From: Chlorokybus atmophyticus
Lineage: Eukaryota; Plantae; Mesostigma and Chlorokybus algae
DNA length: 64,000 nucleotides
Assembly: GCA_009103225.1 (NCBI GenBank)
Contig: RHPI01000671.1
Span: 3,531 to 67,530, forward strand
Direction: 5' to 3'
A program made the translations under genes and the position numbers. Shown here one piece after another: positions 9,509 to 24,255 of the stretch. How positions within the stretch are numbered: position 1 is the first letter of the stretch; every line of letters starts with the position of its first letter. Below the pieces are notes generated by a model. The model ran no database searches, was not told the origin of the DNA, and worked only from the letters and a program-made list of their open reading frames with translations.

Positions 9509-11676
9509 TAGTCGTGACAAGATTGCCCCAAACGTAGAAACATAGGCCATTGTGTTGCATACTGAACATAGCCCCTACCCTGTGTGCATAGCTTAGCGCC
9601 AGAATGCCGCAGCGCAGGATTTGAGCTTCAGTAAGCTCGTAAATGCTCTTTCGTGCGCACATGTCTTTGCTTACAGTGTGTGCATTCAGTGTCGACAACA
9701 ACATTGAAACCATGCCATGTGCTGCATGTTGCCCGCAGCATTTGCAATCACAAATATTGCGTGCAATCGCAGCTGTGGCCACACTTTGATGTGTAATCTG
9801 AGTCTGAGAGTCTGGCAAGCTCCCTGTAAAGCTGTCTACCACAGCTTTGCATTGAGCTTAGGCTTTCCCAACATGCTGCTGTCTGCATGCAACCTTGTGC
9901 AAAGAGTCATCTCCACAGCTCATGCGGCAAAGTTACTTGTTGTTGTAGTGGGAGGCCCAGCAACAACCGTTCATTGAGCAGATGGCAGCATCTCACAACT
10001 CCTCAAAACATCACAAAACGCTAGAACGGACAGATCAGTCATCAATGCGTCTTGTATGGTATGTCCAACGAAAATGCTGCAACAAACAACACTCAACACT
10101 TGTTGTCTGTGCAGGCCAGCAGTAGTTAATAGATATGGTAGTTTGTATATGACCCTAGTAACAGAATACAACAGTAGTGCGTATTAATTACAGACGTACA
10201 ATGGGTTCGGGTCATGTCCATGGCTACGCCTAAGCTCACACGTCACAGCAACAACGTCCAGCACAGGGCCACGCAACAGCGCAGCACGCTAGCACGCGCA
10301 TGCAACTAGTAAACATGACAGGCACTTAAGGCTTGCATGCACGTACATGATGGCCAGCGGAAGGCCGGGTGGAGTCAGGCTGTCAAGTTGTCCTGCACCT
10401 TTGCCACTACGAAGCAACCTCAAGCGCTCTGCTTACTATCAGCATGTAAGCAAGCAATAGCCAAGCTTGCAACGCTAATCAGCACCGCTCCCGCTGGTCT
10501 CTTACAGGCTGAGCTCCGCTCCCGCTTGTCTCGCCACAGGCTGCTCTGATCCCATCCTCATGCTCCTGCTACGCCGCTGCCTCCACATTCATCTCCTTCA
10601 GCTTACATCCTGCTGCGCCCCACCAACAACTGCTGCTTGCCCGCTCGCTCATCGCACCAAACGCTGCACTCTAAATTGCCTCACACAGCAGCACGCAAGC
10701 TTAGCATGCGATGCGCTGCTCCTTTCGAACACTTTAAACTGTACGCTCCGAGCGTCAGTGGCGGCAAAATGGCAGTGGCGACGGCGGCCAGGGAGGTGGA
10801 GCAGGAGAAGGACTAGAAGGAGGAGGAGGCGGCGATTGCGGGGTAGCAGGCTTCAGGGTTGGCATTCAGCGCGGTTTGCATGAGGGTTACGGTGTGCTTC
10901 GCGCCGTTGGGCGTGTGTGTGGGGTAGCAAGCGAGCGGCTAATCGAGTTATGCTTGAGTGGGTGCTTGTGCTTACAGGCCAGTGACTGGCAGTGAGTGGT
11001 GTTTATTGGAAAGCTTGTCGAGTCCGTTCACGCGTGGGAACTATGTCCGTTTTAGCACTGCTTGCTATGCGCATGCTCAGCACTGTATTACCGACCAGCA
11101 AACCGTAGTGTACAGTATGGACGGCAACTTCACATGCATTATGCATGTGAAGTTGCCGTCCATACTGTACACTACAAGAAGCGGAGAACATGCGCGTGCG
11201 GCCAAAGCATGCTTCATCTTGGGCCAGGACAACGCCGGCCAGAAGCTGGACGCTATCTTAGGCAAGCATGTCACCTTGCCCAACGCAGCTGCTGAGCCCT
11301 CGGCGATGTCTGCAGCGAGCTGGGCGAACGCGAACCCTATGTTATACTCAGCCCTTTTGTTCATGTTGCTTAACAAGGGACACCCGGAGCATATATATCA
11401 CAACAAGCTATATATACAAGACCTACACAAACGCATGTGTACCCAACTTACTAACACCCTTTGCTAACACGCTTCTGCATGAGACGGATCCATCGCCAGC
11501 AGCAACTGATCTGCAAACTCGCGCAGGTCTGGGAGCTCCAAGGCCTTCTTTAACTCTGCCTCTGGGGCATCCGACGAGTCAATTCGCCGCACCTGCATTG
11601 AGAAGGATCCTTGCACTGGTTAACAGCCAGCAGCAATATCGACTTCATGTTGACCATCTCTGCAACCCTGCGAGAC
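9043..11676. repeat. Right arm of the inverted duplication (native copy)
   Basis: Continuous on both sides with intact genes (FOCL1-like 3' exons and the ZNHIT3 last intron/exon). Confidence 0.95.
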
Positions 11677-12515
11677 CTAACCAGCCTGCACCTACCAGCT
11701 CCTGTAAGTGAGCATTTCGCAAGGCAGGGCGCAAAGACTCCGCTCGCACAACTCTTTCAAGCTCTCCTCGTGTGAGGCGACCAACAGGCTCGTCCTCCAG
11801 GCTTTTGAGGGGAAGCTGCAAAATCGCAAGCAGATGAGGTTGTAAGGACGCTGAAGTTTGTGTAACAACTGAGACTGCATGCATCAACAGCTGACGGGCG
11901 TCAGCGTCATCATTGATAGGGGTGCCTGAGCATAGTGCATGCAATTGTACATGACAGGCACAGCTGTGGGAACCATGCAACAGGGCATGATCACAATAGC
12001 TCGTCAGCAGACCAATGCAAACAGTGCCAGTTAATGTCACATTGCATGCCAGCGCAAAGAGCAGCCGGACGCATGCACTTCATCAAACAGCACGCATGCA
12101 ACCTAGTGATGCTCACTGGTAGCTCGCTGCCACCGTGCAAAGCCCACTGACAGACCATGCTTCAAGGCAAAAGAGGTACAGAGCAATCAGCGCTTGCACA
12201 AGCACGCATGCAACATGATGACTCACTGGTCGCTGTCCCGTATCCCGAACCCGCTGACAGGCTGAGATTGAAGGTAAGGTAAAGGTGGTACAGAGCAAAC
12301 GACTATCGCTCAAGTGCTTTTGCCATGAGACCAACCTGTTGACGCTGAGGCGGCGGCGGTTGCTGCTGCTGCTGCTGCTGCTCCTTCCCACACGCCTCCG
12401 CCTTGTGACGCTTGAAGCAGGGCACGGAACAGTAGACCACCCTGCAGGCGGGGCACCTATACTTGGACGCCTGCTCACGGCACACAAAGCAGCGCTCCCC
12501 GCCGCCCGGACCCAT
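11464..12515 (-). CDS. ZNHIT3: HIT zinc-finger protein, ZNHIT3/Hit1-like (box C/D snoRNP assembly factor); multi-exon
   Basis: N-terminal [34 protein letters not shown] is a zf-HIT. The C-terminal domain [17 protein letters not shown]...[12 protein letters not shown] resembles the ZNHIT3 C-terminus. Internal exon boundaries are partly uncertain. Confidence 0.8.
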
Positions 12516-13096
12516 CCAAGGCCACCCCAGTCCACACTGGTCCTGGGACAGTCACCTGCAACCCTAATCACAGGTCCCGAGTGCACCCTATCCTTCCACT
12601 ACATATCTTACAGACCCCATCCGGGACCGATACGTACAAGCGACCTGAGCCGTCCATTGGCATAATGTAGAGACCGTTTTGCGGTTGTGGAAGGCAGTGA
12701 GCAAACGTTTTTCCCGGCACCGACGCGCAGTTTCGCGAAGAATGCAGAATATAGGACGGGTCTTGCGGGAGCAGGCGACTCGGGGTGTGGCGGCAGGCGC
12801 TTTTGCCTGGCTTCCTCGGCACAGCGGTGAAACCCGCTTAAGACCGGCCGCGCGTAGTTCTGGCTCACGTTCGTTTGCAAGCGTCGGCGCCGAGCAAACG
12901 TTAGGCGACGCATATGGTGCCTCTGCGCAAGGCGCTTGGGACGCACGTTATGCACTTTTGCCATGCTGGAAAGCGGGCTGTCGACGTTGTAGTGGTGAGT
13001 GTAGGCGGCGGCGGCGGCGGCGGCGTTGGTAACGTGCGTGGTGCTGTGTGGACGCGCATAGGAGATTGGTCATTTGAGGACGGGTAGCAGGCAAGC

Positions 13097-16389
<3,293 letters not shown>

Positions 16390-17507
16390 ATAGTATGACG
16401 GCTTGTAGTAAGCCAACATGCGCGCGCGTCCCCCCCACACGCATCCCACCCACCACATGCAGTGGCAGTTTTGAGGCTTAGAGACAGTGATGGTTGAGAG
16501 TTTCCCCTGCAGTTGTAATCTGTTAGCTACTTGCACTAGCAAGCACTGTTGGATTCAAGTAAGGCCTTACTCTATATCTACATTGGTCTGGTAGCTCATG
16601 TGTCTTTAGAAGGGTACGTGTAGTCATGTACTACCATTGTTTATGACTGCGCTGTGAGCTTGACACTCAGCAGTGCTTCTAGGCACGTTGTGTAGCTATG
16701 ACAGCAGGGGTATGATGGCGAGGCCAGCACATCTGTCCCCTTAAGCATGGCGTACATGTGCAGCGGTTAGTACGAGGTAATGCCTATCAGGCCAGAAGTG
16801 AGGACGTATGCAGCATTGTCACGGCAGGGGCAGCGGTGACGCGGAGGTAGCTCAGACTCTCAACTGTAGTGTTGCTGATTGCACTAGTTTGTGGATGATG
16901 TACTTATGTGCGGGTAACAGCAGAGCTGCAGCCGGGGGTGAAGTACCAGTGGCTCCTAGCCCCAGCTTACCAGCTACTTACTCCAACCGATAGCATCGCG
17001 CATGAAGCTGCGTTTTGGCAGCTAGGCTTGCATGCAGTGAAACGCAAGGTTCCAAAGTGTCTGCATGTAAGAACAGCTACAATTGGCATTCAGCAACTTT
17101 ATGACAGTTTTCAGTCATCGTTAGCGAACATGAGAACACGTTAAGCGCCATCATAACAACTAAAGAAGTGTTGCAGCTGTGTGTGAGTCACCACATTTAT
17201 CAAAAATGACATCTGAGTTGCAGCTAACTAAGGCACGAAGCACAACAACACGTCATTGCTGTTATTGTACAAGCTGTACCGTGCACAACAAAGAGACAAG
17301 GATTTGAGAGTTACGGGTAGCAAACGGCGACAAGCAAAGCAGCACTATGAGCGAAACAGCACTTTGTCTTGCATTTCTCCGGGCTTGCAAGCTTTTACCA
17401 GCGCATGCTTGAGAAGACGAATGGGAAGATGAGACCACATGCAATACGGCTTAAACCCTACGCATCGGGAGGGATCGGACCAGCATGCGTGGACATGGCT
17501 AGCGCAT

Positions 17508-17760
17508 TGCTGGTGCTGGCAGGTGACCTTCGGCACATGGCTTTGCTGTTCTGCTTTCCTTGCCTCTCCTCCCTCTGGTTTAGCTACAGCACATGGTTAT
17601 CATAGAGGGCCCCCACTCAGGGCCCCCCTTTTGTTTGATGTCCTGTGTTGGTTGATGTTGTTAATATTGCTATTGCTCTTGTCATACCAGCTGCTTTGCC
17701 TTGTTTATTTCCCTACTGTTGGCCCCTCCTTAGTTGTAACTTATGCATGGCCTCCCTTAC
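17508..17760. repeat. Dispersed TE-like repeat, copy A (copy B at 34265-34900)
   Basis: Two collinear blocks are shared: TGCTGGTGCTGGCAGGTGA...CTTGCCTCT and GAGGGCCCCC...TTGTT-rich. Confidence 0.7.
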
Positions 17761-18682
17761 TGTTTTGCCTTTGCATCAGCACATAGGCATTCCAGTATGA
17801 CAGCAAAGCACTCCGACAAGCACACGCGCAAGCTCAAAGCACAGCACAGCAAATCATTACAACAAGCGGGGGACGAATTAAGCTGAAATGCGTGCAATTG
17901 AGTGCAATGCGGGTGGGGAAGGAGGTGGGTAGAGCTAGCACAGCAAGCAACCGACCTGCAGCCACGGCACCACAGGCAGAAGTCAGGTAGGCGTGTAGTC
18001 CAGCAGGCCATGAGCAAGCAAAGCAGTTATTATTAGGCAGCAGCAGCGAGGGAGGGAGGGAGGGAGGGAGGGAGGGCGAGCGGAGTGCGCTGTGCTGTGT
18101 ACTATGCTGTAGCCGTTGTGGCGGCTGCTGCTGCTGGTAGCATGCACTGCGGTATGTCAGGAGGTCTGAATCGACTGCAGGAGTAGAATGTGTGGACAGT
18201 AGTGAGTTGTTCTGTAGCATGTCCTGTAGGTACACATAGGACCAGCCCCTTAGCTAGGTTGTGTGCTTGTGTAATGATTTGATGATTTGAGCCGTGCCTT
18301 GTTCTGCCGTGTTTGCTGGTTGTGCGATTCTACCTATGCTTTGTTAAACTCCATGCTATACCTCATGTATGACCAGGCACACACTCAAGTATACTGCGTA
18401 CACACAGGCAAGGATGGACACCCTCTCTGAACAAGATGCCATGTGCAGCTCCGATGTTGACGGCGCGGCGAACTCGCTTCAACCGCTGTCGACTGTCTGC
18501 GCTGCGCACGTTGCAAATTCGAGCCAAGACAACGCACGGGCATTGCTTGTTTGTCGACGCACGCAGATTGCACGCAGATTGCAGTGGCAGAAATCCACGT
18601 GGCTGCCTCCGGCTGTCGCTGTGTTTGGCGACAACGACAACAGCGGCGACGACGAGGCGGCGGGGTGGCGCACAAGGGAGGG

Positions 18683-21592
18683 ATGACTAAGATGGGCACA
18701 ATGCCTGTGGCTGTAGCGCTCCTTCTGCTTGCAAGCGCATGGCCTCTGGGCGCAGTCAGCCTTGCAGCGCCAGATGAGGCTGACCAGTGAGTGTTTTAGC
18801 ATGCGTCATGCGGAAGCATGCACTTCGTTTTGTACGTTGGTATCAATGTGGTCCTTGAGGTGTAGCATAAACTTTGTTCCTTGCCAAACGAGTTCCCAAC
18901 GGCAAGGCTTACTGTTTGGCTGCCATGCGCAAGCCAAGCAAAGCTCAGCTCAGCAGCATGCAAGCAGAAAAGTTACATGCGTTTGTGACGGCAGTATCAC
19001 AACACCTGCTAACGGCAAAGCTGATGTCTTTGATTGAGTGAATGCAGCTGTTCACTGTCTTATCCGCCTGTGAGGCAAAATCACGCACTTGCCAGCTGGC
19101 CAGCTTGCTTTTATTCCTGGCTCAGCCGAAGCTCTCGGTTGCCTCGCATTCTGGCGTGCACTGTGTTGTGTTCATAGCGTATGTCCTTCAGATTTCCGTG
19201 ACACATAGAAATTATCAGAACTAAGTCTTATCACCACTGCACCACCAAGTTAGCATGCATGTGAATAAACTGCCTGGCACTGCTTGATTAGCAGTCACAC
19301 AGCCCCTTGCAGTACGTTCTGCATGATTTTTGCTAGCATGCTTGATTAGCGTAGTGGTTGTATGTTGGGACCTGTGCTCGTGTTGGGTGGTGACCTGCAA
19401 CTGACTGACTGGTCAAATGGTGAAATGAAGTGTATTGAGATGTTGTGGCTCCGCACAGTGACTGTGAAAACACAGCCAAGCCGTACCCTGTTTGGAGGGG
19501 CGACAGCCGCCCGCCGCTAAATCACAGGCCGCTGATTGGGGTGCTGGCGCAGCCGATGGCACCCTTCTTCCCCAACGATACCAGCATTATCATCGCTAGC
19601 TACCCCAAGTTCATTGAAGCTGCTGGCGCCCGACCCGTGCCCATCTTCCCGGACAGCACTGATGAAGAGCTCCGCAATGTACGTGTCCTTTTGGCCATAG
19701 GTGTTGGTGGTGCAGCTGTGTCTGTATGCGCATGCGCGTGTGTGCAGCGGCATGTTGTGTGTTGCAGGTATGGAGGATCAGTCAGATGTTGAGCACTGAT
19801 GATGAGGTGTGCAGATTTTTAGTGCCATCAACGGGCTGCTCATACCCGGCGGTGGTGGGAAGCCCACGACGGGTGATCCCGTGTACGAGATCGCAAAGAA
19901 GATAACAAAGGTGTTGGTGTTGTCCATTTGACCTTGTCTTGTTCATTAGTGGGTGCAATTAGACATTTGTGCGTGTTGTCATTTTTAGATGGCGATCGCC
20001 GCTGCCGATAACGGCGACTGGTTTCCCATCCAAGGCACCTGCCTCGGGTTTGAGTTTCTCTGCGCCATCATTAATGAGGTATGGCATACGCTACCTGTGA
20101 TGAGGTGTGGGCGCATTAAAAAGAGATTGTCAATGACAGGACCGAGATTTTTTGGAGAGGTTTGATGCGGACGATGATCCCGCTACTCTTAACCTCACAG
20201 CTGCCGCGTGGAATAGCCACTTGTTAGGCAGGCAAGCAAGCACACACATGCGACCAAGCATTGCACAAGTCGTTGATGATTGTCATCGCAGCATTCATCT
20301 TTCTTGTGTGGTCAGCTCATTCTGCATGATCCACAGTTTACGACGCCCTGTTCTGGAGAAGCTTGATCGGGAAGTGCTGGCGATGGAAAACCATGAGGTG
20401 ACGCTTGGGTGGTGGTGTTGGTTGTTGTCGTTGTTGTTGTTATTGTTATTGTTATTGTTTTGGTGGTTGTAGTTGTCTGCCGCTTCTTTTGTTGTTGTTG
20501 TGGTGGTGGTGGTTGTCGTCATTGTTGTCGTTGTCGTTGTTGTGTTACTGGTTTGGGTGGGCGTGTATGCTTGCTGGCTAGATTGTAGGGTTTCTCCTTG
20601 TCACCAACGTGTTCTGGCCAACTGTGCGTGTTGGACACTCGCATGGGCCACAACACTCATAGCCTCGATATTAACCAGTGGGGGATCAGCCTGGAATCAT
20701 GGAATGCGAACCAAGAGCTCTCCGGCTTCTTCAATGTGCTTTCCACCAGCCTTGACACTGACAGAAAGGTGTACACATGTGCCCCAGCGATTACAATGCT
20801 TTATATGGATTGTCCGTTAGCACTTACCTTTTTCGACTATCTACTATTGCAGCGCTACGTGTCCACCATTGAGGCCTTCAACTACCCCATCACCGCTACT
20901 CAGTGGCACCCAGAGGTAAGCATCAGGAGTTTGGCCCGCAACCGACCATGACGCTGCGCAGACAGATGTGCAATGGCTCATGACAATGCCCTGTCAGATG
21001 AACATGTACAACTGGTGGTGGGACAATGTGCCGCACTCAGCAGAAGGTGAGAGAGGCTTCAGTATCCTGGCAGTTTTGTGTCTGTGTACTGCAGTGCTTG
21101 ACAGGTCGTAATCAATCTCTGTCTGCGCAGCTGTGGAGCTTGCGCAACACGTTGCAAACTTTCTTGTCGGGTAAGTGAGGCATTGCCTGTTTGCAAAGCA
21201 GTACATAGACTTTATATCAACTGCTGGCCTTTGCCCACTTGAACTTACTTCGCGCGTTCGTGTGTGTTTTAGCGAGGCGCGGAAGTCTAAGCACGCGCCA
21301 TCAAGTCCTGAACAAGAGAAGGACTTGCTGATCTACAACTGGCCTGTCGCCACTGCCAACTTCAACGGGTATCATCTGTGCTTGTATTCTTTGTCACTGT
21401 TTCATCACACGCATATCGCAGTGCATGTGCAGCTGCTTTTTGGTTCTGATGGGGCATGAGCTACCCCAACCTGCTGCGAGAGGCATGGTTGTTCACTAAT
21501 CGTGCATATTGACTTGCAGGTCTTTATTCGAATACTACGCACTCAAGCGCGAGAAGAAGCCCATTGTCAGTATCCCGCTAGCAGCTTTCTAG
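18683..21592 (+). CDS. GGH: Gamma-glutamyl hydrolase (folylpolyglutamate hydrolase, peptidase C26), secreted/vacuolar; multi-exon
   Basis: Signal peptide MTKMGTMPVAVALLLLASAW, then RPLIGVLAQP, IIIASYPKFIEAAGARPVP, INGLLIPGGG, FPIQGTCLGFE (catalytic Cys), YPITATQWHPE (His-Glu) and EARKSKH...EKDLLIYNW. Confidence 0.92.
20405..20545. repeat. (GTT/GTG)n-rich microsatellite in a GGH intron
   Basis: Runs of TTG/GTT/GTG triplets between GGH exons. Confidence 0.85.
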
Positions 21593-23137
21593 CGGGTAGT
21601 GGGTTATTGTTGGGAATGGATTAGTTAGTTATGGGCAACATCATCGCCATCTTAAGTGCATGATTTATTTTGTAAACCTCACTCTGATTGTGTTCCAAGG
21701 CCTATTGTGTTGTGAAGCAAAGCAACAAGTCAACTGGTATCACAAGGTGTTACACTTGTAAGGCTTCAAGGCTCTACACTTGTATGTCAACCCATTATAG
21801 CGCAAGGTTTCTGCCGCTGCATGTCTCAGTTATTATATTATACAATTGCACTTTATGTTGTGTCAATTGGTTGGCTCGCCTTTTCCATAGGCGCCATGAT
21901 TGCTGATATACTTGATGTGTACAGATTGCGCATGTGGAATCACATGGCTTGATCTATGTAGAGTCTATGCATATGCGGACATGCATTACTTGCATAAGTT
22001 GGAAGCCGCCACCATCAATACAGTCTTGGCAGTTGTTGACAGTGGCGCTGTCATTTCAGGTGGGCTGCTGTGCAAGCCATAGTCGCTATCCTCGATGCTG
22101 CTAGTACGGTGGTACGCTGGCAGCACCTGCCTCTGCTGCATGCTAGCTCGTATTGCTTGCAACTTGCATTTTGGGGAACATTCGGTTGTAAAGAGCTTGG
22201 GCCAACGTATCATTGCTTGTTATGCTTGTTTTCCTTATGATTACCATTGCCAAGGCATGTGCTCTGTGCTTTGTGGATATCTTAAATGCAGTGCTTGAGC
22301 AACAATGCAGGAATAATGCATACAAAAAGTGCTGAGCGCTCTATCAATGATCTTAGTAATTAATGTGTTTATTGCGCATGTTCAATGACATGACAACCGT
22401 ATGTAAAGTTCATGCTTGTATGGGAATGTAAGCTACATCGCTTGCATACAACATGCACATATCTTGCGCAATGCGTGCTGAGGGCAATGATGTTGGGTTC
22501 AGCAATTATATCAGCGAGCAACAAAACACAGCCACTATTATGGGCTAGTGCATCTTTTTTTTGCTAACAGAATAGCACGGTCGTGCAACACCGGTTGCAC
22601 TCACACTCTCCCACTAACGGTGGACACTGTATGTGAAACGATCATAATACTAACATATTTGAAGTGCGCGTATGATGCGTGCGCGCGCATGATGCGTTCA
22701 CACGCATGATAATACGCAACATGTGCGGTACATGCAGTATCACCATATTATGTATGAACGTTATCATGTATGATATGGTACATAGGATCACAGGGTAGTG
22801 CATAACATAGTACACGTATAATGCAGTAATACACGCATGTACATATATTTGTTAACAAGTTGACCCATGTAGTGAACAATTCAACGTTATTAAACACATA
22901 AATATCAATACAATAACTATGTAGTCATTGAAGGGGTAGTCAACGTGTTAGCATGATTGCTGTCTTGTGCGCACATATGACAGCTTGTCGTCATTGATGA
23001 TATTATTATTGTAGTGAGCATGTGATCATGAGTCATATTATAATTGAAGTATTGCTATTCATACATGCGTGTTATTTGCATCAGTGTCGCTAGCCCACAT
23101 GTGTGTCTAACGCAACAATTAATGTGTCGGCTCAACA

Positions 23138-23310
23138 TACCGTATTTACCCGTACAAAAGGCCCCCCTGATACAAGCCCCTTTCGCAAAAGGGTAGGCTT
23201 GTATATAAAATAACATTAAACGCGCAAAGTTAGTCTCTATTGAAAGCCCCCCCGAGGAAAAAGGGTGGGCTTGTGCAAAAGGGGGGGCTTTTATACAGGT
23301 ACATAAGATT
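23138..23310. mobile_element. Degenerate Tc1/mariner (Tc2/pogo-like) MITE
   Basis: TA-CCGTATTTACCCGTACAAAAGGCCCCCC...CAAGCCC pairs imperfectly with GGGCTTG...GGGGGGGCTTTTATACAGGTA. Confidence 0.5.
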
Positions 23311-24255
23311 ATCAGGGCAGGCCTTAACTGATCACAGAGCATACGTGCGGTGGTGGTGGAGTGCTTTTGCAAGATAGTTCATGATGAATCCATGTCGTCC
23401 AATCCACTACAAAGTGTAGGGGGCCCCCGACGTGACGGTCACGCCACCGTATCAGCAACGACAACGACAGACCCCCCGCAACGTTGCATCAGACACGTGA
23501 ATGCGCGCGCGCTCCCCCGCCACCATGCAATCTCTCGCCCTCGCGCACTGGACCAGACACTCGCTGGAAAATCACAACCGGAGCACCTGCGCACTGCGCG
23601 TTTGGCGGGCAGGCGGGACAAAGCTGTTGTTGTTGGGGGGCGGCGTGGGCTTGGGCGCTAGGGTTGGAGGCGTGGGCGGCAGGGGCGTGGGCGGCAGGGG
23701 CGCTGTCCGCGGGGGTGGAGGAGCGTGGTCAGCGGTCTCCTCAGGTGGGGCTTTTGGGGTTGCGGTGCTGGCGTTATGCTTGGTTGGTGCGAATGTGTGC
23801 GATCAATGTGCGAGTGTGATCCGGTGGCAAGAAGCTGCCGCCCGGCTGGGCCTGGGCTGCCCTGACACGACTGTTTGACGTGTGCGACAGCATGCCTAGT
23901 GTTTCTTGCAATGTAGATGCGTGCGCTAGCATTTGGCTGGTCAGGCATGCTGCTGCCATGGCAGGCGCTATATGTTCGTGTCAATCGACGTGCTGCGGCG
24001 ATGAAAGTTGTGGCCTGTCTCACACATGCTGCTTTCCGCAGTACAGGCTGCTTTGCGGTGACGGGCATGTTGCTCACGTGCAGAGCGGAGCAAAAGCCAA
24101 AAAACGGCGAGCTAGGAGCAGCTACAGCTTTTCCGGCTTGCAGGAGTGAAAGCAAAAAGCATCCCGCATTGTCGTAGCGAAGAGCTCCACACGTCATACA
24201 GCAGGACGTGCATGAAACGACTGCTGCACAGTAATTGCAGTAGGGATGAAAGCTA

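Noticed and set aside
16800-17100. Exon-like fragments downstream of CPN60A (AELQPGVKYQWLLAPAY...)
   Set aside because: No coherent gene model or recognisable domain.
23501-23878. Gly-rich ORF upstream of the coiled-coil gene
   Set aside because: A low-complexity GC-rich leader with no splice link or motif support. Probably 5'UTR or promoter.
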